From positions 752,627 to 816,626 of the forward strand of contig CAJINV010000007.1 in the NCBI GenBank assembly GCA_905178155.1: a DNA stretch of 64,000 bases, read 5' to 3'. This document shows positions 37,771-50,900 of the stretch, in pieces. The stretch is from Amoebophrya sp. A120 (lineage: Eukaryota > Protista > Dinoflagellata). The stretch's first letter is position 1; each line of letters opens with the position of its first letter. Under the pieces are notes generated by a model that was not told where the DNA came from, did no database searches, and worked only from the letters and a program-made list of their open reading frames with translations. Made by a program: the position numbers and the translations under genes.

Positions 37771-39267
37771 AGGAATGGCGCTTGGGAATTGTCGTCCCTG
37801 GCCGCAGCTCCATGCTTGTCCTTACTGAGAGTTGTTTTGACGCTGTTCCTGTATTTGACGCTAAAAAGTCATAAGTCTGCGAACAAAACATAAACATCCA
37901 ACTTACATGGTGTACATACGACGATAATTTCTTTTTCTGTAGTGTCGTGATCCAGGCACAGGCACAGTCTAATCCGCATCCGGGTATGGTCCTCCTGGGC
38001 CGCGACTTGTTCAGCTGTACCGGCCGAGAATCGAAGAGCAACAAAATCTTCGAATTTTCCACGGATGATGTGCTGGGGAAACGTAGTGTGCACGTTATAA
38101 ATGATGTACCTGTACAAAATTATTTCTGTCGGTTGTAATTATTTTCGCGTTTTGCTCTCGCTCGTTCTTTTGCGTATACACATTTTCGATCTACTTTACT
38201 AGATGATCTCGCTCTCGAGGCGGTCTCGTTCTCGACCTGTTCTGTGTTTGGTTTTTCATGATCTTAGTTCTGTTCTACGTTCTTCTCATTCTGGATCACG
38301 ACTTCGATCTTTGGATCTCGACTTCGATCTTGTTTAAGTTGTGTCGTTTTAGATTTAGTTACCTCTCGTCTGTGTGAGTGTGTCCTGATTTCCTTGCGGC
38401 ATCTTGTTTCCTACGTGTTGTTCTCGTGGTTTCACCCTCGCCCTTTATGAAGTTCGTTGACACGACGATAACAAGCGAGCAGTCCTTGTTTATTTTGGTC
38501 TCGCTTTTGGTTTTGGTACGCTTACCTGCTTCAAAGAGCAGCTAGCAAGACAAAATTCGGTAAGACGGCAAGGGCGGAAGTGCAGTTTTCGGCAGGAGAG
38601 CGAGAGAATCGTTGCTATCGGTTTGATGTTTTTTCGCATGAGAGGAGCGACAGTCAAATGGATTTCAAATTCCATCTCAAAGGTTAAACAGCTTCTGTTT
38701 TCGTGCAAAATTTTCCCTTGCATGTTTGCAGAAAAGATTTTTATGCTTTCGTTCAATTATATTTTCTTTTTCACCTTCATCTCGTCGGTTGATTAAAAGC
38801 GTTTCTTTGCTCTGTTCGTTCGATTTCATCTGGATTTTCGTACGTACAACCTTTCAGCTGGTACTTCACATCATATTTATTATTTCGCGATGAACCAAAA
38901 ATCAAAATGTCGGTCCCGGTCCGTCGTGTCGTCGTGCATCTACCGTCGGAAGAGTTTCTGCGTTTCATTCTATTGAAGTACTATATTTCTTTTCGTGATT
39001 GGCAACTGCATCGTAGATGAGGATGGCGCGTCAAGAATACATTTCTGTACATATAAATACAATTAATAGCATACAACGCAGTTCTCTACAAAACACTTGC
39101 TGTCCCCCACTTCTTGGCAACGCCTCGGCTTGCCAACTTATTTCAAAAAGCAACTTCTACGAACTACGACCGCCCCGGTTTTTGAAAAAAGTTTGGCTTT
39201 ACACTCCGCGAATTTATTCTCCCGTTTTCAAAACTTCTCACGACGTACCTGTTGGCTTCTCCATCAA

Positions 39268-40728
39268 ATGGCGCACGCAATTCCACGCGCGGCTGAGGAA
39301 GAGGATGGGGCTCCCATCACCGTTGTTTGCGAGCAGGTGGCGTTCTCGGCGAGCGATGCTGAAGACGACCCGTACGAAAACGACGCATGTCCGAATGCAC
39401 CCTTGCTACCCGTCCAGGCAAGCAGACGACCCGGCGGGGGGGCTACGGCTACTACCACTTCAACTTCTCCGGGACAAGGAGCCAAGCAACCAAAAACGAA
39501 CACACGATGGTTCAGTTTGTACAAGAAAAACCCGGTTTACTTTGTCCTCGGTGTTGCCGCTGTTGTGGTGATGTGCGTGGTCACAGTGTGTTGCTTCATC
39601 TTGTATCTGGACGGCTTCTACATCCACGACGACCTGGATGAGCAGGGACCCTTTGCTCCTGCTGGCACTGGCCTTTCGCCAATTCAAAAAAGCGACGTCG
39701 GCAGCACGGGCACGGCCGGTGAATCGAAGCAGGGGGAAGTTGTTCCGGAGAAGACTCTTGCTGATGGTGCGTCCAGGGACGAGGGTGTGCGAATGAAAGG
39801 CGCTCTACAAAATCCCGCTGGCCAAGACTTGATCAAGAACGTCAATCCTCCTCCTGATGATGCTTTACAAAAACCTCCTGGCCGCGATATCCACAGTAAA
39901 TTTCCCGTACACGTACAAATGCGGTCTCTGCATGACAAAACTGGGCTTCGATCCTAGTTCAGCATGACAAGTGTTACACCCCAAATTGGTACAATTTTTG
40001 ATGCATTTTGTACATGTGCAGTAAATTTGTATTGTATACACGACTCGACCAACACCACTCCTGACGCTTTACAAAAGCCGAGTGACCACGCTGCGAGCCA
40101 GCCCCCTCCTCCTGATGTTTTGCAAAAACCCGGCGACCACGGCTTGGTCAACCCTCGTCCTGATGATTCGCAAAGGCCCGCTGGCTCCGACGCGGTCCAG
40201 CCACCTTCTGATGATGTTTTAAGGGGAGTTCCTGGGCACGACTCGACGGACACCATTCGTGATGTTGGCCGAAAACCTGGTGACCGCGACTTGACCAACA
40301 CTGTTCCTGATGTTGGCCAAAAACCTGGTGACCGCGACTTGACCAACACTGTTCCTGATGTTGGCCAAAAACCTGGTGACCGCGACTTGACCAACACCAT
40401 TCCTGATGTTGGCCAAAAACCCGGCGACCGCGACTTGACCAACACCATTCCTGATCTTGGCCAAAAATCTGGTGACCGCGACTTGACCAACACCATTCCT
40501 GATGTTGGCCAAAAACCTGGTGACCGCGATCTGACCAACACCCCTCCTGATGTTGTACAAAAGCCGGATGACCATGACTTGATCAACCCCCCTCCTGATG
40601 TTGTACAAAAGCCGGGCGACCTCCAGGACTCGATCAACCCTGCTCCCGAAGCTTTGCACAGCGACCATGAGGAGCGCGGCGCGGGCAACCCTGCGGTATC
40701 GTTTGTTTTTGAAAGCGGCACCGCCTGA
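39268..40728 (+). CDS. Single-pass membrane protein with 16-aa tandem repeats (2 exons; start codon inferred)
   Basis: TM segment VYFVLGVAAVVVMCVVTVCCFILYL; PDVGQKPGDRDLTNT(I/V) repeats; frame restored by removing 39888-40038 plus one DR. Confidence 0.8.
39888..40038. mobile_element. Introner, family H
   Basis: tatccacagtaaatttcccgtacacgtacaaa / tttgtacatgtgcagtaaatttgtattgtata; DR cgcga/cacga. Confidence 0.9.
40255..40620 (+). repeat. 48-bp coding tandem repeat
   Basis: gatgttggcc recurs at 40261, 40309, 40357, 40405 and onward. Confidence 0.9.
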
Positions 40729-41247
40729 TCATCTCATGTCAGGGCGGAAACGGCATCTGAGCTTTCTATAGATAGAAATCCTGCTTCTGTAAGTAGCCGA
40801 AGCCATTCTCCTATCTATGTATTTTGAAGCTGTGAAGACACGCCAGCGCCACAAGTGGCGTGACTATATGTAATGTGGGTTTCGCATTATGGTGTTTCTC
40901 TTTCTCTTTCTTGCACTTCATCGACTACAGTATGAATGTGTTGATCCTGAAAGCAACGACTTCAGTTTCGCATTTGTTGAAGTCCGTGACCGGCAGCTTT
41001 GGGGTTCAATTCGACCAAGAGATGCGCGCCAGTTGTTTTAGTGTCCTGCCTGTTCGGGGAGGTTGAAGAACTACAACTGCGCGCTTTCGATTACTTGCTT
41101 CGCCTGCAACATTCCAACTTCCTATCAGGAGCTAATATCATGACAGAGCGAGCCACATCACAAGGACAGAGTGCCGCTCTTCATGTTGCCTGCTGTCGTG
41201 CCCTGTGCCGTTTGTTGGCGATATGATGCAACAGGAAGGGAGGGATA

Positions 41248-42876
41248 GTGCTATTGGTCGGTCAACAATATTTCTACAAAAACGAATTATCGCAGGGCCT
41301 CTTTCCGGTTGGTGGCTCTGTTCGGACAAACCAACGCAACAAGGATTCTTCCGTCAGACCCCCAGCCAGCTCCGGCAATGCGGATTTACTCGGCGACCCG
41401 GGCTTGGCGAATCATGCGGAGCACACGGAGGGTTTGTCAGGGCCGCGCAATGCGGCACGACACCAAAGGGGGACCGCAAAAAGGAGTAAACGGCGTCGGG
41501 GAATAAAGCAGCGCAGCTCGTCTTCCTATCACATGCAAATATGTCTCGGCCTGGAACAACACTGCAACTTGTCATGCTATGAATCGACAAACTCAACGAA
41601 TTATTTCTGTGGTCTCAGCAAGACAAACATTTTGCATTTTTCACAAGTTTGGATCTTTCATCTAGACCCAGACATATTTGCAATGCACAGTGCAGCTGCT
41701 CCTGCATCAAGATCAACTCCTCAGAAGGACAAAACCGAGCAGGGGCAGCCAGAGGAAACCGAACACCACGACCGCGCGGAGGCAGGAGCCAGCCCCAGCT
41801 TCCCTTCTTCACCACCCGCGCAAAATGGCCATGGCCTCACCAACGCTGGAACGCAAGCCGCTACGAAGGGCAATGACAGCCAGGAATCCACCTCCTCGAC
41901 CAGCGACAGCGTTCCGTCTCCCTACGACTTCGTCGAAACTGATCAAGAAGAAAAGACCGCGCCGTTGGCTTTGCCGCCCCCGGGAAAAAATGCAAGAAAG
42001 GGGGTTTTGCAAAAGGCGGGCACGGCAGATGATGATGAAGAGTTGCAATCAGCTCGGGCCGGGAGTGGCACGACAGGCGCATCTCCAAGTTCTCTCACTG
42101 AACTGGGTCCAAGGACGGAGAATGGCAGCGGGGCAGACGGCGAGGGGCCCGGCGTCGCCACGGTGGGCCCACCAGAAGAAGCGGCGGCGGCCCCGAAGTT
42201 GAAGAAAGGCGCAGACCACGAGCTCGAGGACCCGCTGCCGACTACGGGCGAGCAAAAGACCACCGCCGACCGGGAGGGCGACGTACCAGTGGTGCTGGGG
42301 ACACACACAAATATGGGGTTCTCAAACGTTACATTCTCAACTTTTACGTGATTTGTCATGCAAAATAAACAGCATCATCATCAAAATCCATTCCACAAGG
42401 GGCGACTTGCCGTGGTAGCGCTCGGCTTTTGTATGATGAGGTCGCCGAAAGTGCTTCCTCGCCCACCCCCCGGGGAGGGGATCCTTGACCTGTGGCGCTG
42501 GGAGCGGGTGTCCACTATATGATGACGATGACAAGGTGAGCTACTTCGCATGACAAGAAATTTTGGAAAGGCTAAACAGCACGTAAATCTGTGCGCTAAC
42601 ATGTAATGCTACAGGTGCAACCTCCCTGCTTTGACTTTTCCCATTCTTGCATCACAAACTCGCGCAACAGTTGAGAGTGTACCAGTTGAGAACGCCATAA
42701 CAAAGTCCGGCTTTTTCGAAAAGGAATCGCAAGGACAAGGCCACGTCGACGAAAAAAAACAAAAAGAGTCGCTGATCGGACATGCGGAGAACGAGGATGG
42801 GAGTGCTGGCGCGGCCGCGGTCAGGGCTCCTAGCACTCAGCGGACGGATGGCGGTATGAAATTGAGGACGGCTTGA
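41248..42876 (+). CDS. Low-complexity unknown protein (start uncertain)
   Basis: 367-aa ORF joins in frame (THTK|SGFFEK) to the last exon after removing 42312-42699 plus one DR. Confidence 0.6.
41527..41689. mobile_element. Degenerate family-A-like introner, DR lost, open in frame
   Basis: tgcaaatatgtct / agacatatttgca; flanks cttcc vs gtgca do not match. Confidence 0.7.
42312..42699. mobile_element. Introner, family I, with nested retroposon tail
   Basis: tatggggttctcaa / ttgagaacgccata; DR acaaa. Confidence 0.9.
42401..42530 (+). mobile_element. Retroposon 3' fragment, copy 2
   Basis: Matches about 27925-28058; atgatgacgatg tail; TSD acaagg at 42395 and 42531. Confidence 0.7.
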
Positions 42877-45199
42877 ATTTCGTCAGGGGGGGGCCGACGA
42901 GATTTGTGCCCTTATGGGGCGGCCTGATATCATGCGTCTGCAGTCATGGCTTGCAACCTAAAACTTGACACAGTGTGAGTTGTAGCTATGTTTGTACTAC
43001 TACCATAGCTAAACATCAGGCAATAGCAATTATACTAGATAGGTTCATGCGAAAGTAAGGACTCTGCCTCTGGGCTGATCTTCAGATTTAACAGTGACAG
43101 CTTGAATAGTGTTGAGAAAGCGAGAGTTAGGACGTCGCGGCGATAATGATTTTCATATGCGGCCGTCACTCACATTTTGACTGGGCCTATGTGGCTATTT
43201 GGGTATCGTGCCTCTAGCCCCGACGTGCGGGATCTTTTGGTACGTGAGTGTGGCATGTGACCTACCAATCTCCGTAGTCGCCCTCGTTTTTCCTTGCCGG
43301 GCCTCCGCTCTTTGGCGTGAGGGATCTGCAAATTGCCATCTTGGCCCCTGAAATAGCGTTGGTTTTTGGTTTTGTAATTTAAATGCTCCGTCGATAAAGG
43401 GCGACTTGGTTTCTTTTAGACATATACAGGCACCCGCGTGGGGCCTGTCGCAGTCTTTGTTCGCCCCCGCGCGTGCGTATGTAAGCCCTGGCCCGGTGTG
43501 GTCGCCTTTTGGCCCAGTGCCTAAATGCTTCCAGCGTTGCTAGGGCCATTGGGTCTCGCGGGGGGGGGGCACGCCCCCAGGGCTAAAGAAGTAAGGCACC
43601 ACGTGCTTTTTGCCTTCGCCGTGCTTGCTTTTTGCTTGTGCCCTGGGCCACTGGCAGTTTCTGTTTATTGTGGCTGTCATTTTTTAAATCTTTGCGCCCT
43701 CTCTTCACTCTCTATTCGTCGGGGTAGAAGTCTTGGTTTTGCTTTGCGCACAGAATTCCCTGCCGGTGGGTCTCATCTCCGTCTGACCGGATACTTATGG
43801 CCTCCGCCATCTACCGGGCCCCTTGAAAACTTCTTCTCCACCGTGACCGGCCCCCAGTCTAGAGGCCGGCGCAGAGTTTTTGCAGGGCTCAGAAGGACTT
43901 GGCCTAAGGCTCTATTATATATGATTCTGTGTTGCGCCGGGTCTTGCGTTTAGTTGGCGCCTGCGCTATTCACTGGGGAGGGGGCTGCTCGGTACATTAT
44001 GAAAGAGCCCACCTTCCTTGTGGTCGTGGTTACACTCACCCCTAGCCTGAGGCTCCATTTCTAGAGCCGGCGGCGGTTCTTTATGTTTCGGCCGTGATCT
44101 TGTTCTCGTGGTTGAGGCACTAGGCCCCATCTATGTCCGCTCAGAAATTTAGGTAGTGCAGCAAACAGCTACTCAGCCGCCCAAGATAGAAGATGGCAGG
44201 GAGGGGCCTGCTTTCATTAGCACCGTCCGATCCGCCAGCATCTTGTTTTCGGTTTCGGTTTGGCGTCAGCAGTGCCTACTATTTTGCGAGCCTTTCAAGA
44301 TGGCAAATCTCTCACCTCATCCTGCTGCGAAGGAAGCCCGGCCATTACCTGCATAACCGAAAAGACAGGCATGGCGGCCACTGCACTCGTCGAGAAGACA
44401 CACGAAAAAGCGGTCTTACCAGCAGCAGTATTTGGAATGCCAGGCGATCCACTCCCAGCGATGCACGCTGAGATGGATAAAGCCAACGGCATGCAGCAGC
44501 TGCAGCAGCATGTTTATGAAAATCATGTTCGGCCTTTCACAAAGCGTATCGCGCAGAAAAAAATCATCGCTATCGCAAATGTGTTGCGGTTCTTTTATGT
44601 TGCTTGAGCGCCTCCATTATGATGAAGATAATGGAGACCACGCTCTCCGCGCCGGCAGACATCCATGGCGTTTTTGAAAGCCATATAATATAAATATATA
44701 GCTTTCGAAATCGAAAGCGCCACGCCTGCCCGCGCGGGCTCCCCAAGAACGACAGACATCCAGCGCCGCGGTGCGTTACGTGACGATGTCCTGCTGTCAG
44801 GCATGTCTGCCCTGGGTGGGAGGCCTTCGGCTAGCTACCAAAGCTAGGACCACAAGCGGCCACCCCTTATCTTTTTTGATGCTGGGCAATGCGCGCATTC
44901 GTCGCAGCAGCAATAAAGCAGGGGCATGCGCCCGGCTGGGGCGGTGCCGCGGGAAAAAAGTGAAAGGGTTTCCACCTTTGCTCTAAAGCGAGTGAAAGGG
45001 CCATGCGTGATAGTGGTAATTTTTTCAGTGCGATTATGAAGCCGCAAGAGAATTTCGTGCAGCATGTTACGCATCTGGATGTCATGATGTGTTCGGGTAA
45101 GACAAAGCTTGGCGTCAACGCGGGGAGCATCGTCGAGCATTTGTTTATCAGAGCGGTGTTCAGTGAGCCACAGAAAATCTTCGTGCCCAGAAAAACCGT

Positions 45200-45805
45200 T
45201 TGACCGCAGAAGTGTTCTATGAGTGGGCGGGGTCCGGGCACACGTCATTTGCGACCGACTTGCAATTCAAGACATTCATCGGTCGGCGCTGGGTGTTTCA
45301 CTCACCCCCATTTTTTACCTATTGCCACACCACAGACGCGTTCGTGTACAACAAATTTCCAAGAGCTCGAGTTTGTGCTGCGAACTTATCACTAGGCCAG
45401 CTCGACGACATTGTGTATGGGGATTGGGGGACCCGTTCTCAAGGGCCGGGTCCCGTCTTTTCTCTGGCGCACAAATTTGATGTGGGTGGCAATGGGTACA
45501 AGTTATCCGGCCACAACTGCCAGTCGTTTACTACTCGCTTTCTGTGGCTCTTCACGGAGCCTGGCGCAAAAAGCATCGACGTAAACTACCTCAGCCGAGG
45601 CTGGTTCGGGCGCGGGATGTGGGGAACAACTACATGGCACGGACAATTTGCGCAGCCCACCGTGGATCGGGTCGGACGCGAGCGGGCGGCTAGGGCTGGC
45701 TCTCCTGGTCTTATCTGCCTCCCGGGGATGGGAGTATATTACAAAGGGTTCGAAGCAGGTGTTGGCTACCATTTCCCCGGGCCTAAGCCTCTCGACGTGG
45801 TCTAG
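45200..45805 (+). CDS. Possible permuted papain-like (PPPDE/LRAT-type) domain, fragment
   Basis: YKLSGHNCQSFTTRFL resembles YxLxxxNCxxF; candidate His upstream (GHTS); no ATG start. Confidence 0.4.
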   Translation: MTAEVFYEWAGSGHTSFATDLQFKTFIGRRWVFHSPPFFTYCHTTDAFVYNKFPRARVCAANLSLGQLDDIVYGDWGTRSQGPGPVFSLAHKFDVGGNGYKLSGHNCQSFTTRFLWLFTEPGAKSIDVNYLSRGWFGRGMWGTTTWHGQFAQPTVDRVGRERAARAGSPGLICLPGMGVYYKGFEAGVGYHFPGPKPLDVV

Positions 45806-47901
45806 TGCGCAGGCTTGCCGGCACACAATAGTCACAACAAGCGACGAAGCCAGCACGATGCTCGCCCCGTATTCGTATTTCTCTCGGAATTTGGATGCGA
45901 GTAGCGGCGCCGCTCTTACATTTGCCAAAGCTTGTTTTTGTGTTGTATGTAAGTAAATAGCAATGGCTGCAAATAAACGCCGGAGCCAGTACCGTAGCCC
46001 GTGTGGTAGCCCTTTATTCTCCGTTTCTCGTCTTTGTGCCGCCGTCAGAAGGGTGCAACACAAGGGCGGAGACTACGGCCTAAAGCATCAGAAAAAGAGA
46101 GCCATTTTCTGCGGTGCCCCACCATCAAGGGCGCGAAGTGTGAGGGATGGGGCGCCGAACTACATAGAGTTCGACAAACATTTTTTTACATTAACATACC
46201 CGAAAACGAAGCCCACCAGCCGCGCATGGTCATAGTCTAAATATGTATAATCTATAATCTAATAGGCTGGATGAGGTTTCCACTTGCCACAGTGCAACTT
46301 TTATACAGGCCGCGTTTAGACTTTCGATAACGCTCGCAAATTTTGCCAAGGGAAATATCTTTTTGCGCTCTTCCACAGCCTTTTACTCAGCGACGATTCC
46401 CAGCAGAATTGTACAAGCAGCTGATTTTTTAACTTTTTGCCTTTACTCGTAAGTATGACAGCCCGCTTCTCAGCGTTCATTTTGCTTGCGTTTTTCTTTT
46501 TTTCAGGCCTCCGCCTCCGCCAAGTAGTCGACTCAAGAATACAGCAACGAATTTTTTATTTTTCCCAAGTTCAGCAAGATGAAGATCAGCTTCAGCAGTT
46601 TTAAGCAGACTAGAAGTAGTTTTTCTTTTTCAGCCAAGCAACAAATTTCAACAACAATCTCAAAAAAAAAAGTTTTTTCAAGGTAGTAGCTCAAAGGCCG
46701 TAACAAAAACAAACCCAAACCTTTCGACAACTGCAAGAAGCTTCAAGTTTCAGATTTTTGCAGCGACAAGAAGACTTTTAATCAGCAGCGTCCTTTTATT
46801 TACCGTCAGCAACAGCCTTCCTTCTACGTGCAACCTTTAAAAATCTTAATCTGAGTAGCAACTATTTTATTTTCATCCAATAGCAGGCTCTGTCTTCCCG
46901 TGAATTTCTCGGCAGCGGTTCCTTCTTCTAAGGTGGGAGCCAAAGCAGCTCCACAAAGCTGTCCTTTTTTTATCGAAGTAGCGTTAGACACATGAGAGGA
47001 AAGATCACCTTTCAAGCGGTTCCATGTGGCCACCATGAACAAACAAACAAGCAAACTCAAACAAGTTCCTCAGCCCATATATTCGAAACAAATAGATCTA
47101 CATCTAGGAAAAGCAGTAGCATTAACAGGCTTTCGAGTGATATCTGAACGAACAAGGAAAAAATTCGGATTCTTTAGGGCCTTGAACAAGCTCGAAGATT
47201 GTTCCTTGAAAATTTTATCTTGATCTCGTCATCCCTGTCCTCAACTCCCGTTCTCGCCCGCCGTTGTTGACAGACAAAAAGAAGAACAGAATCAGCGTCA
47301 AGATCTGCAGTTATTTGCAACAGCCGATTAGGTTCCGACGCGTCTATCAGAAATTGGCTCTGATGAAGCAGATCAAAATGTCAAGTAAAACTAGTTCGAC
47401 ATCACACTGCTCATATCGTGGGGATGTTGATATCTCCCCTGCTTCGGTCGTGATGAATCTCAAGAGCCGTAAATAGCTATTTCAGCAAGGTTCTTGCGTT
47501 GAAAATCAAACCTGGGAAGTTGTAGGCATCGTGGCGAGCAGGTCAAAGATGGAGAAATCTTCAAGCTCTCATGCTACTATGATCATGTCAAACAGGTGAA
47601 GAAAGAGATACACAGAATGATCACGCTCTGCACCAGTAGAACAATGTTTTCAAACTTCTGCTCTTTTCACCACAAAAGACGGTCCGTCGGAGTATTTCGG
47701 CAAGAATAACGATCCCTCCACCTATTTCGAACAGGCACGACAATTTATGATATAGTTCGTTGAATTTGTACTTGTAGGAGAGAGGTGCAACATTCTTCTT
47801 GATATCACTGCACCGCATAATTGCCTTTTACATTTTCATGGGAAGTAGGACTTTTAGTGTTTAAAATTATAGAATCAGCGACACGAGGACGAAATTAAAC
47901 T

Positions 47902-50900
47902 ATGTTGACCTTCGCCCAAACCAGCGCAAACGACGACCAGCTCGCCGTCCCCGAGCTCAAAAAATGGCAGGTGACCAGGCGGGGCAAGATTCACAAGCGG
48001 GTGCGCCACGTTTTCAAAAGAGAAGACCTGCTGCCACCTTGGACGATGACATTGTCATGCGGAAAAGGCATGACAAACATCTTCGTCCTGATCCCGACGG
48101 CCCAGCAGCTCTTCGACCAGTCGGACTTTTTCACGACGCTCGTGGATCATACCAGTAAAAATGCAGTTTCTGCAACACAAAGTGGTACTGTCAGTGTCGA
48201 TCAGCACGACAAGTTCAAGCTTCTGCTGCTAAAAACGGAATGGGAGAAGCTACGGGACATGAAACGGTCCAAAAAAGTTCTGGAGCGGTACGAAAAATTG
48301 CTCGATGAAACTTGTTCTAATGGGATGAACAACAGCAGCACGACCAGTGCGTCCGCGTCCGACCAGTCGTGCGTCGCCCGCTTCGCAGATCATCTGGTTT
48401 CTTCAACATCCGTGCTGTCGGAAAACGAAGTAGAAGATCATGCTGACTCCTTGGATAAAATCGCGAGGCTTTACACCAGCTATGGAAACGATTTCTCTTT
48501 GGTTGACCTGGATAGAAGAGATAATTATCTAGGAGGCGAGCAAGGAGAAGGACGTCGACCAGATGATGATGTGCCGGCAGATGAAGTAGAGGATGAAGCT
48601 GCGGCCCCGCCAAAGACCAAGAAGCGCAAAGTTTCGGAGCAAAAGAAGAAAGCGGGGGGAGCTGGTGCTGCTGCTGGTGCTAAACCTAAAGCAAGCAACC
48701 TGGAGGTTGAAGAAGAAGATGAGGCTGTTACTGCTTCAACTTCCCGAAATTCTGTCCTCCTTCTGAAATCCCACAAGCACATCGAGCAGTTCCGGGACAG
48801 GATTTTGTTGAACAAACCTGTTCGAAAAAAGAAAAACACCAATGCAGAAGATTTTTACGCGCTCTGTTTGGAAAAAATCCGACAGCCAGTAGAGCAAACG
48901 AGCAGAAGTTGTACAAAAGCAGTACAAAGTGCTGGTCAACAGCACCTACATCCAGTGGGAACAACAAGTAGCACTACTGCTCAGAACTACAACTGTCCGC
49001 TCCTCTCCACGACCCACCGTCCCCACCTGCCGCTGGCGGAGCTCCAGCTTGGTTTAGACAGCGGGAAGTACCACCAGGGGATCCTGCGGATGATGATGCA
49101 CACTGCAACTGTATCAACAGTAAATTTCCCGTACACGACGTACAAATGCGGTTTTCTGCATGACAAAAATTGGCTTTGATCCTAGTTTAGCATGACAAGT
49201 TTTACAACTCTCCAAATTGGTGAAGTTTGTGCTGCGTCCTGTACATGTACGGGAAATTTGTATTGCATAAACTGCGGGCAAGATCGGGGAAAACATGGAA
49301 ATCCGGGGGGTCCGGAATTTGAATCGAGCGTTGGACGGAGATGTCGTTTGTGTCGAGGAGATATTACCGGAGGAAGAATCTGTCATGCAGAAGACGAAAG
49401 AACCGGACGAAGACGAGGAAAAGCTGTTGGAATCCGCCTTGCCAGATGTGCAGGATGTCGTAAAGGAGGGAGAAATGTTAGCGGAACAAACACAAACGAC
49501 CCCCACCGCTACTGCTGCAACTGCGAGCAATACAAACGCCGGATCTAATGCATCTCGCAACACAAATAACCCGACATCTTCAAACGTCGTTAGGAGCAAA
49601 TCCCTCTACCGTGTGGTGGGCATTCTGCAGCGTGGGCAGAACTTCCAGCAACGGGAGATTGCCGGGACAATCAAGCAAAACGATAGTAGTAGAAACGGAG
49701 GTAGTACAGCTTCTACTTCGAACAAAGAAGAGTTTCGGATTTTTGTCCCGGTAGACCCGCGAATCCCGAACGTCCGAATCCCGACGAGACAGGGGCACTT
49801 ACTGGAAAACAAGCGGATCCTAGTCACGATCGACAGCTGGGAGTTGTCGGAAATCACCTCGCCGAAAGGGCACTGGACGAAGATTCTGGGCACTGTTGGG
49901 GACAGAACGGTGGAGTTATCCCGAGCAAAGACGTCCCCACCCTATAGTCAAGGTGGGAAATCTGCTAGACAAATCTGTCAGCTCTGGGTGTTGCGCATGA
50001 CAAGTTTCGCCTCGTAGTGTAGTCCCGTTTAGCTTGTTCAGCAGCATCACAGAGCTAGCCTATTATGCTGAGTGGGGCATTACAGATCCAAAATCACGAC
50101 TAGGAAAGGCTTCTCATGGGTCTCCGCATTCGAAACGTTTTGATAATGCAGATTTGCATGACAAAGACAACTATCGGTATCGGGTGGGGACGTTTTTACA
50201 TAGGATAGGAGTCCGCGGTTATTCTGCACGAGCACGGCGTCCGGACGGAGGAGTTTTCCACCGCGGTGTACAATTGCCTGCCGCCATCTGATATCCTGTG
50301 CAAAAGTTTCGTACTCGTACGTAGTATTAATCGCAGTCATGCATTACAAATCTCCATCCCAGGGTAAAACAGCATGACAAACTCCATCTCTCATGCTGAG
50401 TGAATTTGTCATGCGATTTCTACTAGCACGAAGATTAAGATACTTTTGCCATGCATATCTGATTACGAAGTGGACGTGGACTATTTTCGGAAGAACGACC
50501 CGAATAGAAGGGACTTAACCGATCTTCTGACTTGCTCCGTCGACCCGCCGGGGTGTAAGGACATCGACGACGCGCTCTCCTGTGAATTTTTAGAAGAAAA
50601 TAGTAACTGGGTGAGAGTTGGGGTCCACATCGCGGACGTTACCCACTTCGTGAAGCCAGATTCCGTATCAACTGCAAAAATGTCTGGGTCAGGAAGAATG
50701 CGGGTTTGTCATGCTTGTCTGGCATGACTCGAGATTCTGTGTTGTCGATAGACAGAAAAAAGCCCTCTTACAACCTGTCATGCAGAAACGCAGTTTTCCA
50801 TGCGGAATACGTAAGACGTGGCAGCCAGAAAATTTGTCATGCGTAGTTGCGTATTGCAATGCGCCGATCATTCACTTTGAGCATTACAAGCTTCCAGACC

